IMG/VR virus record: IMGVR_UViG_3300028797_002495
Span: 1-64,000 of that record
Reading direction: 5' to 3' (one strand)
DNA: 64,000 nucleotides
Origin: a virus
Lineage: Duplodnaviria; Caudoviricetes
In this document: piece after piece, positions 41,084 to 49,305 of the stretch
Layout: the number at the start of each line of letters is the position of its first letter
Position numbering within the stretch: the stretch's first letter is position 1
Notes under the pieces: generated by a model
The model's database searches: none
What the model was told of the DNA's origin: nothing
What the model saw: only the letters and a program-made list of their open reading frames with translations
Made by a program: the position numbers and the translations under genes

Positions 41084-42283
41084 TCAAATATTGATAGCTC
41101 TCTGTATCTGATCGACTTTTTCTTGGTGACTTTTATTAGAGAAATAATAAAACTTTCTTGTGGTCGTAATATCCGCATGACCCATTTGTTCCATGACTGT
41201 GCTATCATCGGCTCCCGAATCTATAAGCATCGTTCCGTATGTCTTTCGTATCTTATGCATACTCATTCTTGGAATGCCAACTGCATCACAGGCTTTATAC
41301 AAATAATCATTAAAAGATATCTTACCGATCTTTTTCCCGTCCTGCATCATCATGTATTCGCCAAAGGGATTTAATCTACGAATCATCTTAATTGTTTCAA
41401 TGGCTTTAGGAGTAAGGATAACTCCACGTTCTCCTGCTTCTGTTTTGGTGTAAGGTACAATTTCATATATCATGTTTCCAGCATCATCTTTATAACGAAC
41501 TTCTTGTCTTCGAATGTTTAAAATGTTGCCGTCAACGTCACAGTATTTTAACGCTGCAAGCTCACCTTCTCTTAACCCAGTTTGAAACACTAAGAGTATT
41601 CCAAGATTGCCCACGGTGGGATGATCCTTTAACCATTTAACAACTTTTTCTGTTTCTTCTTCGGTAAACACTTGTTTCTTCTTTTCTGTTTTTTTGAATG
41701 TCTTTTTGGATATCTGAAGATCTCCCAAGAAAGAAGTAATACTGAAATCACTATAGTGTTTACGTTTTGCTAGTTTCATTATTCCTATGAGTAATGTTTT
41801 CATGTTACCATAAGATTTTGTTGTTAATTCTTTTTGGACTATTGTTGTTTTAATTAGGGATTCAAGGTATTCTTCAGTAACAAAATCTATCCTCATATTA
41901 ATAAAACCAGTGTCTCCAAAGAAACGTTGAAAATCGTCTCTGTATCTGTTTAAAGTTGTATTCCCTATCTCGTCCCACTCTTTTTTTAGAGTGATCCATT
42001 CTTCAAATACATCTTTAACAAGCGGATGAGTTTCTTTAGTTTTATAAAAGTTGTAAATTATTTCTTCTACGTCTTCTAAATTTTTTCTCTTTATTAATCT
42101 CCTTTTTTCGCCACCTATGGCAGGGAGTTCGGTATACCATTTGCCGTTCTCTCCTTGCCATATTCTGTTTTTGTGCATATCCAAATATTTTTTTCTTTCA
42201 TACATTTCGATCTGCACTTGAATTGTACTAAAGTCAATTATACCCTGAGCTAAAGCAAAGTTCAATGCTTCAGTTTGAGTCAT
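41084..42283 (-). CDS. int: Tyrosine integrase
   Basis: TGLREGEL (R), HKIRKT (H-x-x-R), MGHADITTTRKFY (H/Y), plus an N-terminal arm-binding region. Confidence 0.95.
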   Translation of the reverse strand: MTQTEALNFALAQGIIDFSTIQVQIEMYERKKYLDMHKNRIWQGENGKWYTELPAIGGEKRRLIKRKNLEDVEEIIYNFYKTKETHPLVKDVFEEWITLKKEWDEIGNTTLNRYRDDFQRFFGDTGFINMRIDFVTEEYLESLIKTTIVQKELTTKSYGNMKTLLIGIMKLAKRKHYSDFSITSFLGDLQISKKTFKKTEKKKQVFTEEETEKVVKWLKDHPTVGNLGILLVFQTGLREGELAALKYCDVDGNILNIRRQEVRYKDDAGNMIYEIVPYTKTEAGERGVILTPKAIETIKMIRRLNPFGEYMMMQDGKKIGKISFNDYLYKACDAVGIPRMSMHKIRKTYGTMLIDSGADDSTVMEQMGHADITTTRKFYYFSNKSHQEKVDQIQRAINI

Positions 42284-42285
42284 AA

Positions 42286-42807
42286 TTATTCTCCTGTACT
42301 ACCTATTCCTCCGACTCTTTCAGTCTCAACTTCATCGTTATATGTAATACCAAAAGGTACAAACATTCCTTGACATATCTTATCTCCAGCTTTGATATCA
42401 AAAGTCTTTTCTCCGTGGTTTACTAATTTTACCCAGATATGCCCCTCATTTTTTGCGTTATAATAATCGCTATCAATAACTCCTATAGTGTTAGCGAGCA
42501 TGATATGATATTTAAACCCTACGCTGCTTCTTGGAACTATTTGCAACACCCAACCATTTTCAATAAAGCATCTAATTCCGGTTGGAATTTTTACTACCTC
42601 ACCTGGCTGAAGTACTATATCAAAAGGAACTACAAAATCATATCCTGCACTGCCAGATGTTCCTCTTTCGGGAAGCTTAATATCATCATACATCTGATAA
42701 ATTGCATTAATCTGTTCCTCTTCCATTTCTTTTATAGGGAACTCTCCGATAAAATCATTGAAGAATTGTTCCCTACTTACTTTTTCAAAACGAGCCACTC
42801 TGTCCAT
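42286..42807 (-). CDS. dut: Trimeric dUTPase
   Basis: SGSAGYDF, IVPRSSVG, GVIDSDY, QGMF and RVGGIGSTG motifs I-V. Confidence 0.95.
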   Translation of the reverse strand: MDRVARFEKVSREQFFNDFIGEFPIKEMEEEQINAIYQMYDDIKLPERGTSGSAGYDFVVPFDIVLQPGEVVKIPTGIRCFIENGWVLQIVPRSSVGFKYHIMLANTIGVIDSDYYNAKNEGHIWVKLVNHGEKTFDIKAGDKICQGMFVPFGITYNDEVETERVGGIGSTGE

Positions 42808-42818
42808 TGGTCTTCTCC

Positions 42819-43007
42819 TTATTTGCCATTTTTGTCTACTTGTTTGTCTTCACATGGAATACATTGTCCCCAACGGAAGAACTTATTGCCCTTTGCCGAA
42901 CAACATATCCCAATATTTCTTGCATCATCTTCATTTTCTAATGTGCAATATTTGCATTTTTCTTTTTCAGACGGTATGCAATCTTTTCCTATGATAATCA
43001 TTCCCAT
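42819..43007 (-). CDS. Small Cys-rich hypothetical protein
   Basis: 62 aa with 7 Cys including CxxC pairs. Confidence 0.55.
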   Translation of the reverse strand: MGMIIIGKDCIPSEKEKCKYCTLENEDDARNIGICCSAKGNKFFRWGQCIPCEDKQVDKNGK

Positions 43008-43348
43008 CCTTTTATACCCAGCTCCTTGAATTTATCAATTATTTTTTCATCAATTTTTCTTATAACTTCATTGTTGCCAATATCTCTACTGTACCATGAA
43101 GCATAAAGTGATCTTGATCCACCATCGTAACAACCAAGCCTAATATTCCCTGTATTAATATCTATTCTAATTTCAGCTTCTATTACTCCTGCGTTGCCAT
43201 AATTCCACACGGTAAAGCGATGAAAATATACTGGATTGTCCGCATCTGAGAAGATGCGGCTCCAGTAAAAATGATTTTTTTCAAGCCAATGAGCATTTAA
43301 TTTTTTCTTACTTATATAAAGTTTATGTATCTCATTTAATGGCTTCAT
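42998..43348 (-). CDS. Hypothetical protein
   Basis: GGAG RBS, 116 aa. Confidence 0.6.
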   Translation of the reverse strand: MKPLNEIHKLYISKKKLNAHWLEKNHFYWSRIFSDADNPVYFHRFTVWNYGNAGVIEAEIRIDINTGNIRLGCYDGGSRSLYASWYSRDIGNNEVIRKIDEKIIDKFKELGIKGWE

Positions 43349-43357
43349 GTTTTTCTC

Positions 43358-44317
43358 CTACATACTCTTTCTTTCTGCAATCTCTGCCATTTTAGCAGCG
43401 TTAGATCTAGTATAACCATGTACTCTTGAATACTGTAGATAACCATTCATTCTATCAATCTTGGTTATCATTGAACTGCCACATATTGGACATACGTCCA
43501 TTTCAAGTTCTTCATGACCACAATCTTCACAATATGCCAATGAAAGATTTACGCCTTCGTAGAAGCCGATTTGCATAGCTCTGCGAACGATTGATTTAAT
43601 TGCTTGAATATTATATCCAAGATGATATCTACAATACTGTATTTTTCCACCATTGAAATAATCCCAAAATCTTCTTTCAGCATCTTGTTTTTGAATGGGA
43701 CTAATGTCTTCTGTTACATGACAATGGAATGAATTACTTACATAAGGACGATCTGATACTTTTTCAACCACTCCATATTTCTTACGGAACTGTTCTACTT
43801 GTGTTCCACATAAACTCTCTGCTGGTGTTCCGTAGATCGCATAGAGTATTTGGTCTTCTTCTTTAATCCTATCAACATAATCATTGATATATTTCATTAC
43901 TTCTAATGGAAACTGTCCGTCCTCTAATATTGATTTTCCATTATATAATTCATTTAATTCATTTAATGCAGTAATTCCAAAACTCATTGTCATAGGTTTA
44001 AGCAATGGCTTGATTTTTTCATCAGCCTTAAGATGACCATTAAGTAATCCACCTTGCATCCATGCCATAGGGTTTGTACTTGCTTTCTTTTCACCTAAAA
44101 AGTCGTATGTTCTCTTATGTAGATTTCTTATCATTTCAAGATAATAATCAAGGACTTTATAGAAATCTTTATTTTCTTGTCTTGATTTTGCAAGAATCAT
44201 TGGTAAATGCAATGATATTACGCCAAGATTGCAACGAGATATAAATATTGGTACATCGTTTTCATCAGCCGGATGCATTCCACCACGTTCAAACCAAGGA
44301 CTTAAACTAGCTCTACA
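43358..44317 (-). CDS. nrdD: Anaerobic ribonucleoside-triphosphate reductase, exon 2
   Basis: CRASL continues the MG|CR active-site motif. CNLGVISL, TPAESL, CEDCG/CPICG Zn site and glycyl-radical loop RMNGYL. Confidence 0.95.
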   Translation of the reverse strand, partial: CRASLSPWFERGGMHPADENDVPIFISRCNLGVISLHLPMILAKSRQENKDFYKVLDYYLEMIRNLHKRTYDFLGEKKASTNPMAWMQGGLLNGHLKADEKIKPLLKPMTMSFGITALNELNELYNGKSILEDGQFPLEVMKYINDYVDRIKEEDQILYAIYGTPAESLCGTQVEQFRKKYGVVEKVSDRPYVSNSFHCHVTEDISPIQKQDAERRFWDYFNGGKIQYCRYHLGYNIQAIKSIVRRAMQIGFYEGVNLSLAYCEDCGHEELEMDVCPICGSSMITKIDRMNGYLQYSRVHGYTRSNAAKMAEIAERKSM

Positions 44318-45132
44318 CAAACCTTATAAATTTCATAAGGTTCAGACTATATCTTCACATATTATTCTGTAACCAAATAATATGTGCTCCGCACTTCCAC
44401 TTGAGGAATTTCACCTCAAATGTACTCTACTCGCTTCTTCATACAAGTTTTTCTCTTATATTATGCTTTCGATAGTCGTTTGACTTAAATGTAACTGAAT
44501 AAATAACCTAAATAATCTTCGTTAAGTTCACCTTTTAATACTCTAGCAATTTTATGTCTATCAAGTTTTAGTTGTTTACCACATTCTCTGATCGATTTAA
44601 AATTAAAGCTTTCTCCATTTATTATATTCACTGCTTTAATTTTGGTATTATTTCTATGTGTACGATTTCCGCTTTTCCAACCGTGTAAAACATTATATGA
44701 ATTTGTACACCATTCTAAATTATCTAACTGATTATTTAATTTATTACTATCTATGTGATTAATATATTTGTATTCATTCGGATTTGGAATGAAACAATGT
44801 GCTAAAATCACATGAACTCTTTGATGATGATTCTTACCAGTTTGATCTCGATATTGAACCTGCATATATCCGTCTGTCCCTTTATGAGGAGTTAATTTCA
44901 AACCGGTTCTTTTACTATATATATTTAAATTATCATCTACTAAAAATCCTTTATATTCTTTCAATACCTTTATCCTCAAAGGTATTTATTCAGTACATCT
45001 TTAGCACAGGATTATCTCTTTTGAGCCTTCCCTGTTAGCCATTCTATTAGTTGCCATTTCCTGCAATTACTTTCGTTAGAATGACACCCTAGATTTCTAG
45101 GTTCACGGAGTTTTACATGAGCTATATTACTA
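44318..45132 (-). mobile_element. Group I intron (815 nt) in nrdD
   Basis: P1 CATGGGT/GCTCATG with U.G. CTAACAGGG...CCTGTGCTAAAG, R GTCAAACGACTATC, S AAGATATAGTCTG, P9 CCTTAT/ATAAGG, terminal G at 44318. Splicing restores SLMG|CRAS. Confidence 0.93.
44485..44979 (-). CDS. Intron-encoded HNH homing endonuclease
   Basis: RVHVILAHCFIPNP...INHIDSNKLNNQLDNLEWCT..YN..H, with a C-terminal NUMOD1-like FKSIRECGK.L helix. Confidence 0.92.
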   Translation of the reverse strand: MRIKVLKEYKGFLVDDNLNIYSKRTGLKLTPHKGTDGYMQVQYRDQTGKNHHQRVHVILAHCFIPNPNEYKYINHIDSNKLNNQLDNLEWCTNSYNVLHGWKSGNRTHRNNTKIKAVNIINGESFNFKSIRECGKQLKLDRHKIARVLKGELNEDYLGYLFSYI

Positions 45133-46395
45133 ACCCATGAGGGAAATAACTTTCCCATATTTTTTATAAATATTAGCTATATATCCCTCTCCTGTAAGAG
45201 ATAAATAATCGGGATACATTGTTTTACTACTACACAAAACGGCTTTATCAAATAAATATTCGTAAGCCTTGCCGTCTCCATGTAGATTATCATCATATAA
45301 GAATGTTAATTTTGGAAAGAGTACTGGTTTCTTAAAACCATCTTTGCCCTGACCATCTCTTCTTACATCTAATGCTATTTCAGAAATAATCAATCCCCAC
45401 TTAGAAGTATTAATCCCAAAAGACATTGCAATAAACGGATAATCACCTCTTGAAGATCCAACTGTATTAAACTTATATTCCCAACCTTGGAATCCTTGTT
45501 CTATATCTCTTCTTACATCTGCTTCAGCATTCATCTTAGCATCTTCTGATGCCAATTCATAAATAGCATTTAATTGAACTTGATCTAAATCAGCCATATT
45601 AATGCCTGCCGCACGTAAAGTTTTTCTTTGTGTTGAAGTTGCCATATTATGATATTTTTTAAAGTATTTCTGATAAGACTTTTCAGCATACGGAGATAAA
45701 ATATCATCAACTTGTGGTATTGTAAAACCACCATACTGCTGGCTGGCAGCACTTAATACAATATCGCCGATTACGTCAAAGGCTGTATCAACAGTCTTGG
45801 GTTCGTTGTACCATATGTTACCCATTTCAAAACCGCCTTTAAGAACTCCACCAACATCAAATAAACAACAGTTGATTCCATCAAGTCTATCTTTCATATC
45901 GTTGATGTAGATATATCCATCTTCAGCAGCTTGTAATTCTTCTTTATTTAAGAAAAACTTTTGGTATAATTCTTTATTAAGCTGACCGTAGATCAAACTT
46001 CTTTGAGAACTTATCATGGCTGAATCAGTGTTGGCATTAGATACATCACCTATATATCTAATTTCTTGGCTCTTTTTATAAACTTCATCTAGCATCTTTA
46101 CAAAAGCGGTTTTATAATCTCTATATTGTTTATATGATTCTCCGACCTTTGGATAAAGTTCAGTAAGAGCATTTTCTACTATGATGTGCATATCTTCGAC
46201 CGGAACTAATTCCTCATCATATTCTTCAACATAGAAGTCTTCTTCAGCTATAATATCTGCAACACGATTGCATATTGCACTATAATCTTCTTCGGTAAGC
46301 TTTTGTAAAGCTCTGTGGGCAGATTTGTTACAAGCATCAATTATCTTTTGTTCGTCATACGGAACAATCACACCATTTTTCTTAATGACTCTCAT
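45133..46395 (-). CDS. nrdD: Anaerobic ribonucleotide reductase, exon 1 (spliced protein about 740 aa)
   Basis: ATP-cone start MRVIKKNG, NANTDS, YINDMKDRL..INCCL, SQQYGGFT, FPKLTF and MYPDYLS. Confidence 0.95.
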
Positions 46396-46412
46396 CTTTA
46401 GTACGCCTTTCT

Positions 46413-46811
46413 TTACTTCCAATAATGTTCTGTTATATAATTAACTGCTTCAAGCATTGAAGGAAGTACTACGTCACAAGCGTCTTTTGCCCAGGGATAA
46501 ACTTCAATTTTACCAAATCCAATAATTGGTTTATTTAAAGCTTGAGCAAATCCAATTTCGTAGTTAGTTCCACAGCTTGAATCAGAAAAATCAAGATTGA
46601 CAAGCAAGATATCACTTTCACGTAGATGATTTAAAAATAATTTTCTACATTCTTTATCACTAGCGGGAAGGAATGATACATAATCATAATGTCTATTAGG
46701 ATTAAATGTATTAAATTCACTTCCTAAAGCGGTACTTACATAATCTCTCCATGATGAACTAATTTCTTGGGATACGTTTCTACACGCTCCACTAAGATAT
46801 ATTTTCCTCAT
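46413..46811 (-). CDS. Nucleoside 2-deoxyribosyltransferase-like protein
   Basis: MRKIYLSGA, FNP, SDILLVNL and GTNYEIGFA..LNKPII motifs. Confidence 0.8.
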   Translation of the reverse strand: MRKIYLSGACRNVSQEISSSWRDYVSTALGSEFNTFNPNRHYDYVSFLPASDKECRKLFLNHLRESDILLVNLDFSDSSCGTNYEIGFAQALNKPIIGFGKIEVYPWAKDACDVVLPSMLEAVNYITEHYWK

Positions 46812-47154
46812 TCTTAAATTTCTCCTTATTATATGCTTCACGATCAAGTTCTAATATTGTTAAAAGACAGTAGTTGCTAAGATCCATAAGAGTATCTCTT
46901 ATTGATTCGTCTTTAACTTGTGCTTTTTTCCCCGAAGCAAGATTCATTAATCTGTTATATTTATCAGAAATCCTTATGAGAGCGCTTGTAATGCCAAACT
47001 GTTTATAAGCCATAGAAAATGCATCTCCATAATCTTGATTTTTGGCTTCATAAATTCTATTTAATTGTTTACAAAGTTCTTTGTGTCTCTGTACTTTAGG
47101 AATTTTTCTAGCAGAAACTTCTTTAACCTCTTCGGTTATTTTGTTTTCTTCCAT
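46792..47154 (-). CDS. DUF1599-type nucleotide-modification-associated protein
   Basis: IYEAKNQDYGDAF...RISDKYNRL...ESIRDTLMDLSNYCLL. Confidence 0.8.
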   Translation of the reverse strand: MEENKITEEVKEVSARKIPKVQRHKELCKQLNRIYEAKNQDYGDAFSMAYKQFGITSALIRISDKYNRLMNLASGKKAQVKDESIRDTLMDLSNYCLLTILELDREAYNKEKFKNEENIS

Positions 47155-47342
47155 TATTTCACCTCCTTAAAATCTCCATCAACAAATTTAATAAACTGCA
47201 TATATCCGTTTTCTTCATTACAAATTGTTCCAAAATAACTCATAGTATAAATACCTTCACGCTTTATTCCTGTACCACGAAGACATTCATTAAATTTTGG
47301 ACAATCTGTTGTTCCGCATAAACAAATATCGTAGTCGATCAT
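47154..47342 (-). CDS. Small Cys-containing hypothetical protein
   Basis: DICLCGTTDCPKFNECLR, AGGAG RBS. Confidence 0.6.
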   Translation of the reverse strand: MIDYDICLCGTTDCPKFNECLRGTGIKREGIYTMSYFGTICNEENGYMQFIKFVDGDFKEVK

Positions 47343-47371
47343 TGTTTATATTCTCCTTTCTTCCGTGATAT

Positions 47372-48019
47372 CTATTTATAAAAGTGGTGACAATTATCAC
47401 TAAACACATAATCACCGCCACTGAATTTTTCTTGCTTTGTCATAGAGTGGAACCACAAACAATCATCCGCAGCCGTAGCTACACAAAAAGCATATTCTAC
47501 AGCCAGCTTAGTTTCTTCATCAATTTCTGTTTTAGAAACATAAAATTGATTAGGTTGCATGATCACTTCGGTTAAAGTATCGGGGAATCTTTCGTTCTCA
47601 AGTCTTGCTAATACCACCGCTGCCACATGAGTTTTACTTTCAAAGTCAGCCCCGTGACATTCGCTTTCTACAACTCTTTCTAATAAATAAATCTCATCTT
47701 CGGAAAATACATCATCAATCCATTCGATCTCGCCATAGTCTGCAAATTCTTCATTCAAATCCTTATATGCTTTAAACCATTCAAGACTATCCTGAATATC
47801 ATTAATTTCATCAAGCCTTTCAAGATATAGATCTCTAGGATTTATTACTGTTTGAACTTCATAAACTATAGGCTCTATTGAATATTCTTCATAAACAACT
47901 TGTACTGGCTCTTTTTTAGGTGCTTCTTCAGTTAAAGCAATAGTTAAAATAAAAGCCAGTACATAAATAAAAATAACTACACAAATAAATATTAATACGT
48001 CTATAATTTTTCTTTTCAT
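47372..48019 (-). CDS. SleB-like cell wall hydrolase (Hydrolase_2) with N-terminal TM anchor
   Basis: TM at about residues 6-29. LLERVVESE...VAAVVLARL....FPDTLTEVIMQPNQF motif. Confidence 0.8.
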   Translation of the reverse strand: MKRKIIDVLIFICVVIFIYVLAFILTIALTEEAPKKEPVQVVYEEYSIEPIVYEVQTVINPRDLYLERLDEINDIQDSLEWFKAYKDLNEEFADYGEIEWIDDVFSEDEIYLLERVVESECHGADFESKTHVAAVVLARLENERFPDTLTEVIMQPNQFYVSKTEIDEETKLAVEYAFCVATAADDCLWFHSMTKQEKFSGGDYVFSDNCHHFYK

Positions 48020-48105
48020 CTAAGCCTCCAAAACTTTCTGATTAAAAATTCTTTGTTACCTATATAAATCAACCAACACGTTGGGCAATTATATATCCTT
48101 ATCAT
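48016..48105 (-). CDS. Possible 29-aa peptide
   Basis: AAAGGAG RBS, MIRIYNCPTCWLIYIGNKEFLIRKFWRLR, stop overlapping the next ATG. Confidence 0.35.
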   Translation of the reverse strand: MIRIYNCPTCWLIYIGNKEFLIRKFWRLR

Positions 48106-48149
48106 TTCATTAACTCCTTTAATTTAATCAACACTTAATACATTTAAAT

Positions 48150-48212
48150 AGTGTTGGTGGGATTCGAACCCACAGATGCGGCTACATCTCTCACCCTTTT
48201 GTGAGCAACACT
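48150..48212 (-). ncRNA. 63-nt tRNA-like perfect four-way-junction element
   Basis: AGTGTTG | CTCAC-AAAAGG-GTGAG | AGATG-TAGCCG-CATCT | GTGGG-TTCGAAT-CCCAC | CAACACT. Confidence 0.7.
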
Positions 48213-48299
48213 CGTCTTTGAAAGGAGGTTTACGCATGTCACAAGAAACAAAAAAGACATGGAGTAAAGAAATTGAACCTATTTGCAACTAGGTTCTCG

Positions 48300-48371
48300 C
48301 TGGGATAGTTGGATTCGAACCAACGCATAACAGAGTCAAAGTCTGTTGTCTTACCGCTTGACGATATCCCA
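48300..48371 (-). tRNA. tRNA-Gln (TTG), CCA not encoded
   Basis: TGGGATA/TATCCCA acceptor stem, ACAGA-CTTTGAC-TCTGT anticodon arm, GTTGG-TTCGAAT-CCAAC T arm. Confidence 0.95.
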
Positions 48372-48380
48372 GTATTTTTA

Positions 48381-48578
48381 TTATAATTCTTCAATTACTT
48401 TGAAAAAATTATATTCTCTATTAAGTTCTTCATAACGTTTAACCAAAACATCATGTCCGTTTTCTGAGAGCCAATTTTTTCCAAACTTAGCTACTATGTT
48501 GCAAACATGATAATCAGTTAATTCATGTTTAGGAATATTTATTCCTTTCTGATTTGTCCAATAATATTTTTCTTCCAT
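48381..48578 (-). CDS. Hypothetical protein
   Basis: AGGAGG RBS, 65 aa, embedded in the RNA cluster. Confidence 0.65.
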   Translation of the reverse strand: MEEKYYWTNQKGINIPKHELTDYHVCNIVAKFGKNWLSENGHDVLVKRYEELNREYNFFKVIEEL

Positions 48579-48589
48579 TTTAACCTCCT

Positions 48590-48733
48590 AATTTTGGGCA
48601 GTTCCAATGGGGGAGATGCTAAATCTAGTCTCATTACATTCTCACCGCTAGTTGTGAGCAACCCTTCTTGGCATTGTCATTCTCTGTGTGGTGTCCTGCT
48701 CTCTCACACATCATCTGGTCGCTATCCAGCCTC
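48590..48733 (-). ncRNA. Structured spacer RNA 1 (unassigned)
   Basis: GC-richer than flanks. Hairpins CTGG/CCAG, GTGTG/CACAC, CTCAC/GTGAG and GAGA/TCTC. Confidence 0.35.
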
Positions 48734-48817
48734 TGCACTCAGCGAGACTTGAACTCGCACGAGATAATTCTCAGCGGATTTTAAATCCGATTCGTCTGCC
48801 TATTCCGACATGAGTGC
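48734..48817 (-). tRNA. tRNA-Leu (TAA), type II
   Basis: GCACTCA/TGAGTGC acceptor stem, A73, D arm GTCGGAATAGGCAGAC, CGGA-TTTAAAA-TCCG anticodon arm, long variable arm, GCGAG-TTCAAGT-CTCGC T arm. Confidence 0.93.
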
Positions 48818-48820
48818 TTA

Positions 48821-48931
48821 ATCATGGGTAGGGACTCGAACCCTACATGATAGAACCCCTTTCCTAACATCAATCCTCCTTGCGTTCTATCTTTACCAAC
48901 TCTTTAACGTCTACCAATTCGTCACCATGAT
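48821..48931 (-). ncRNA. tRNA mimic A (no anticodon arm)
   Basis: ATCATGG/CCATGAT acceptor stem, D arm ACGAATTGGTAGACGT, internal helix GATAGAAC/GTTCTATC, T arm GTAGGG-TTCGAGT-CCCTAC. Confidence 0.7.
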
Positions 48932-48933
48932 TA

Positions 48934-49066
48934 CTAGAATATTACCGGATATCTAGGAGTTGTGTAGTGGATTACTTCCTTCCACATGGGATCAACTCAC
49001 ATCCCAAGGGACATTCTGCCACCTGCCCTCTAGGGGGAAGTTTATACGAATGCTTCCAAATCGGCT
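48934..49066 (-). ncRNA. Structured spacer RNA 2 (unassigned)
   Basis: GGAAG/CTTCC hairpin, then three consecutive hairpins GGGCA/TGTCC, TGGGAT/ATCCCA and GTGGA/TCCAC. Confidence 0.4.
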
Positions 49067-49180
49067 ATCATGGGTAAGGATTTGCACCTTACATGATGCT
49101 TGTTAGTTTTTCTGTACGTAGGAACTATGTAGCATCCAAAATACCTATACTATTGCGTCTACCTATTCCGCCACCATGAT
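49067..49180 (-). ncRNA. tRNA mimic B (no anticodon arm)
   Basis: ATCATGG/CCATGAT acceptor stem, Leu-like D arm GCGGAATAGGTAGACGC, internal helix GATGCT/AGCATC, T arm GTAAGG-TGCAAAT-CCTTAC. Confidence 0.7.
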
Positions 49181-49305
49181 AATCACTCTCTTAACATACT
49201 GCTTGCTCATTACGTGATTAAATCGAGCACTGTACTCCGTGTATGCTTGGAGTAGGTTTAGCATCACGCTGCATCCCCTCGGTCTTTTACGTGAATTCGA
49301 CTACT
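49181..49305 (-). ncRNA. Structured spacer RNA 3 (unassigned)
   Basis: Hairpins GCA/TGC, TACTCC/GGAGTA and TGCTC/GAGCA. Confidence 0.35.

Noticed and set aside
40700-41100. Prophage/host junction (attL or attR)
   Set aside because: Phage genes and arm repeats lie on both sides of the core and no host genes are present.
48821-49180. tmRNA or intron-containing tRNAs
   Set aside because: No G3.U70 pair, far too short for tmRNA, and removing the inserts does not leave a recognisable anticodon arm or group I/BHB splice features.
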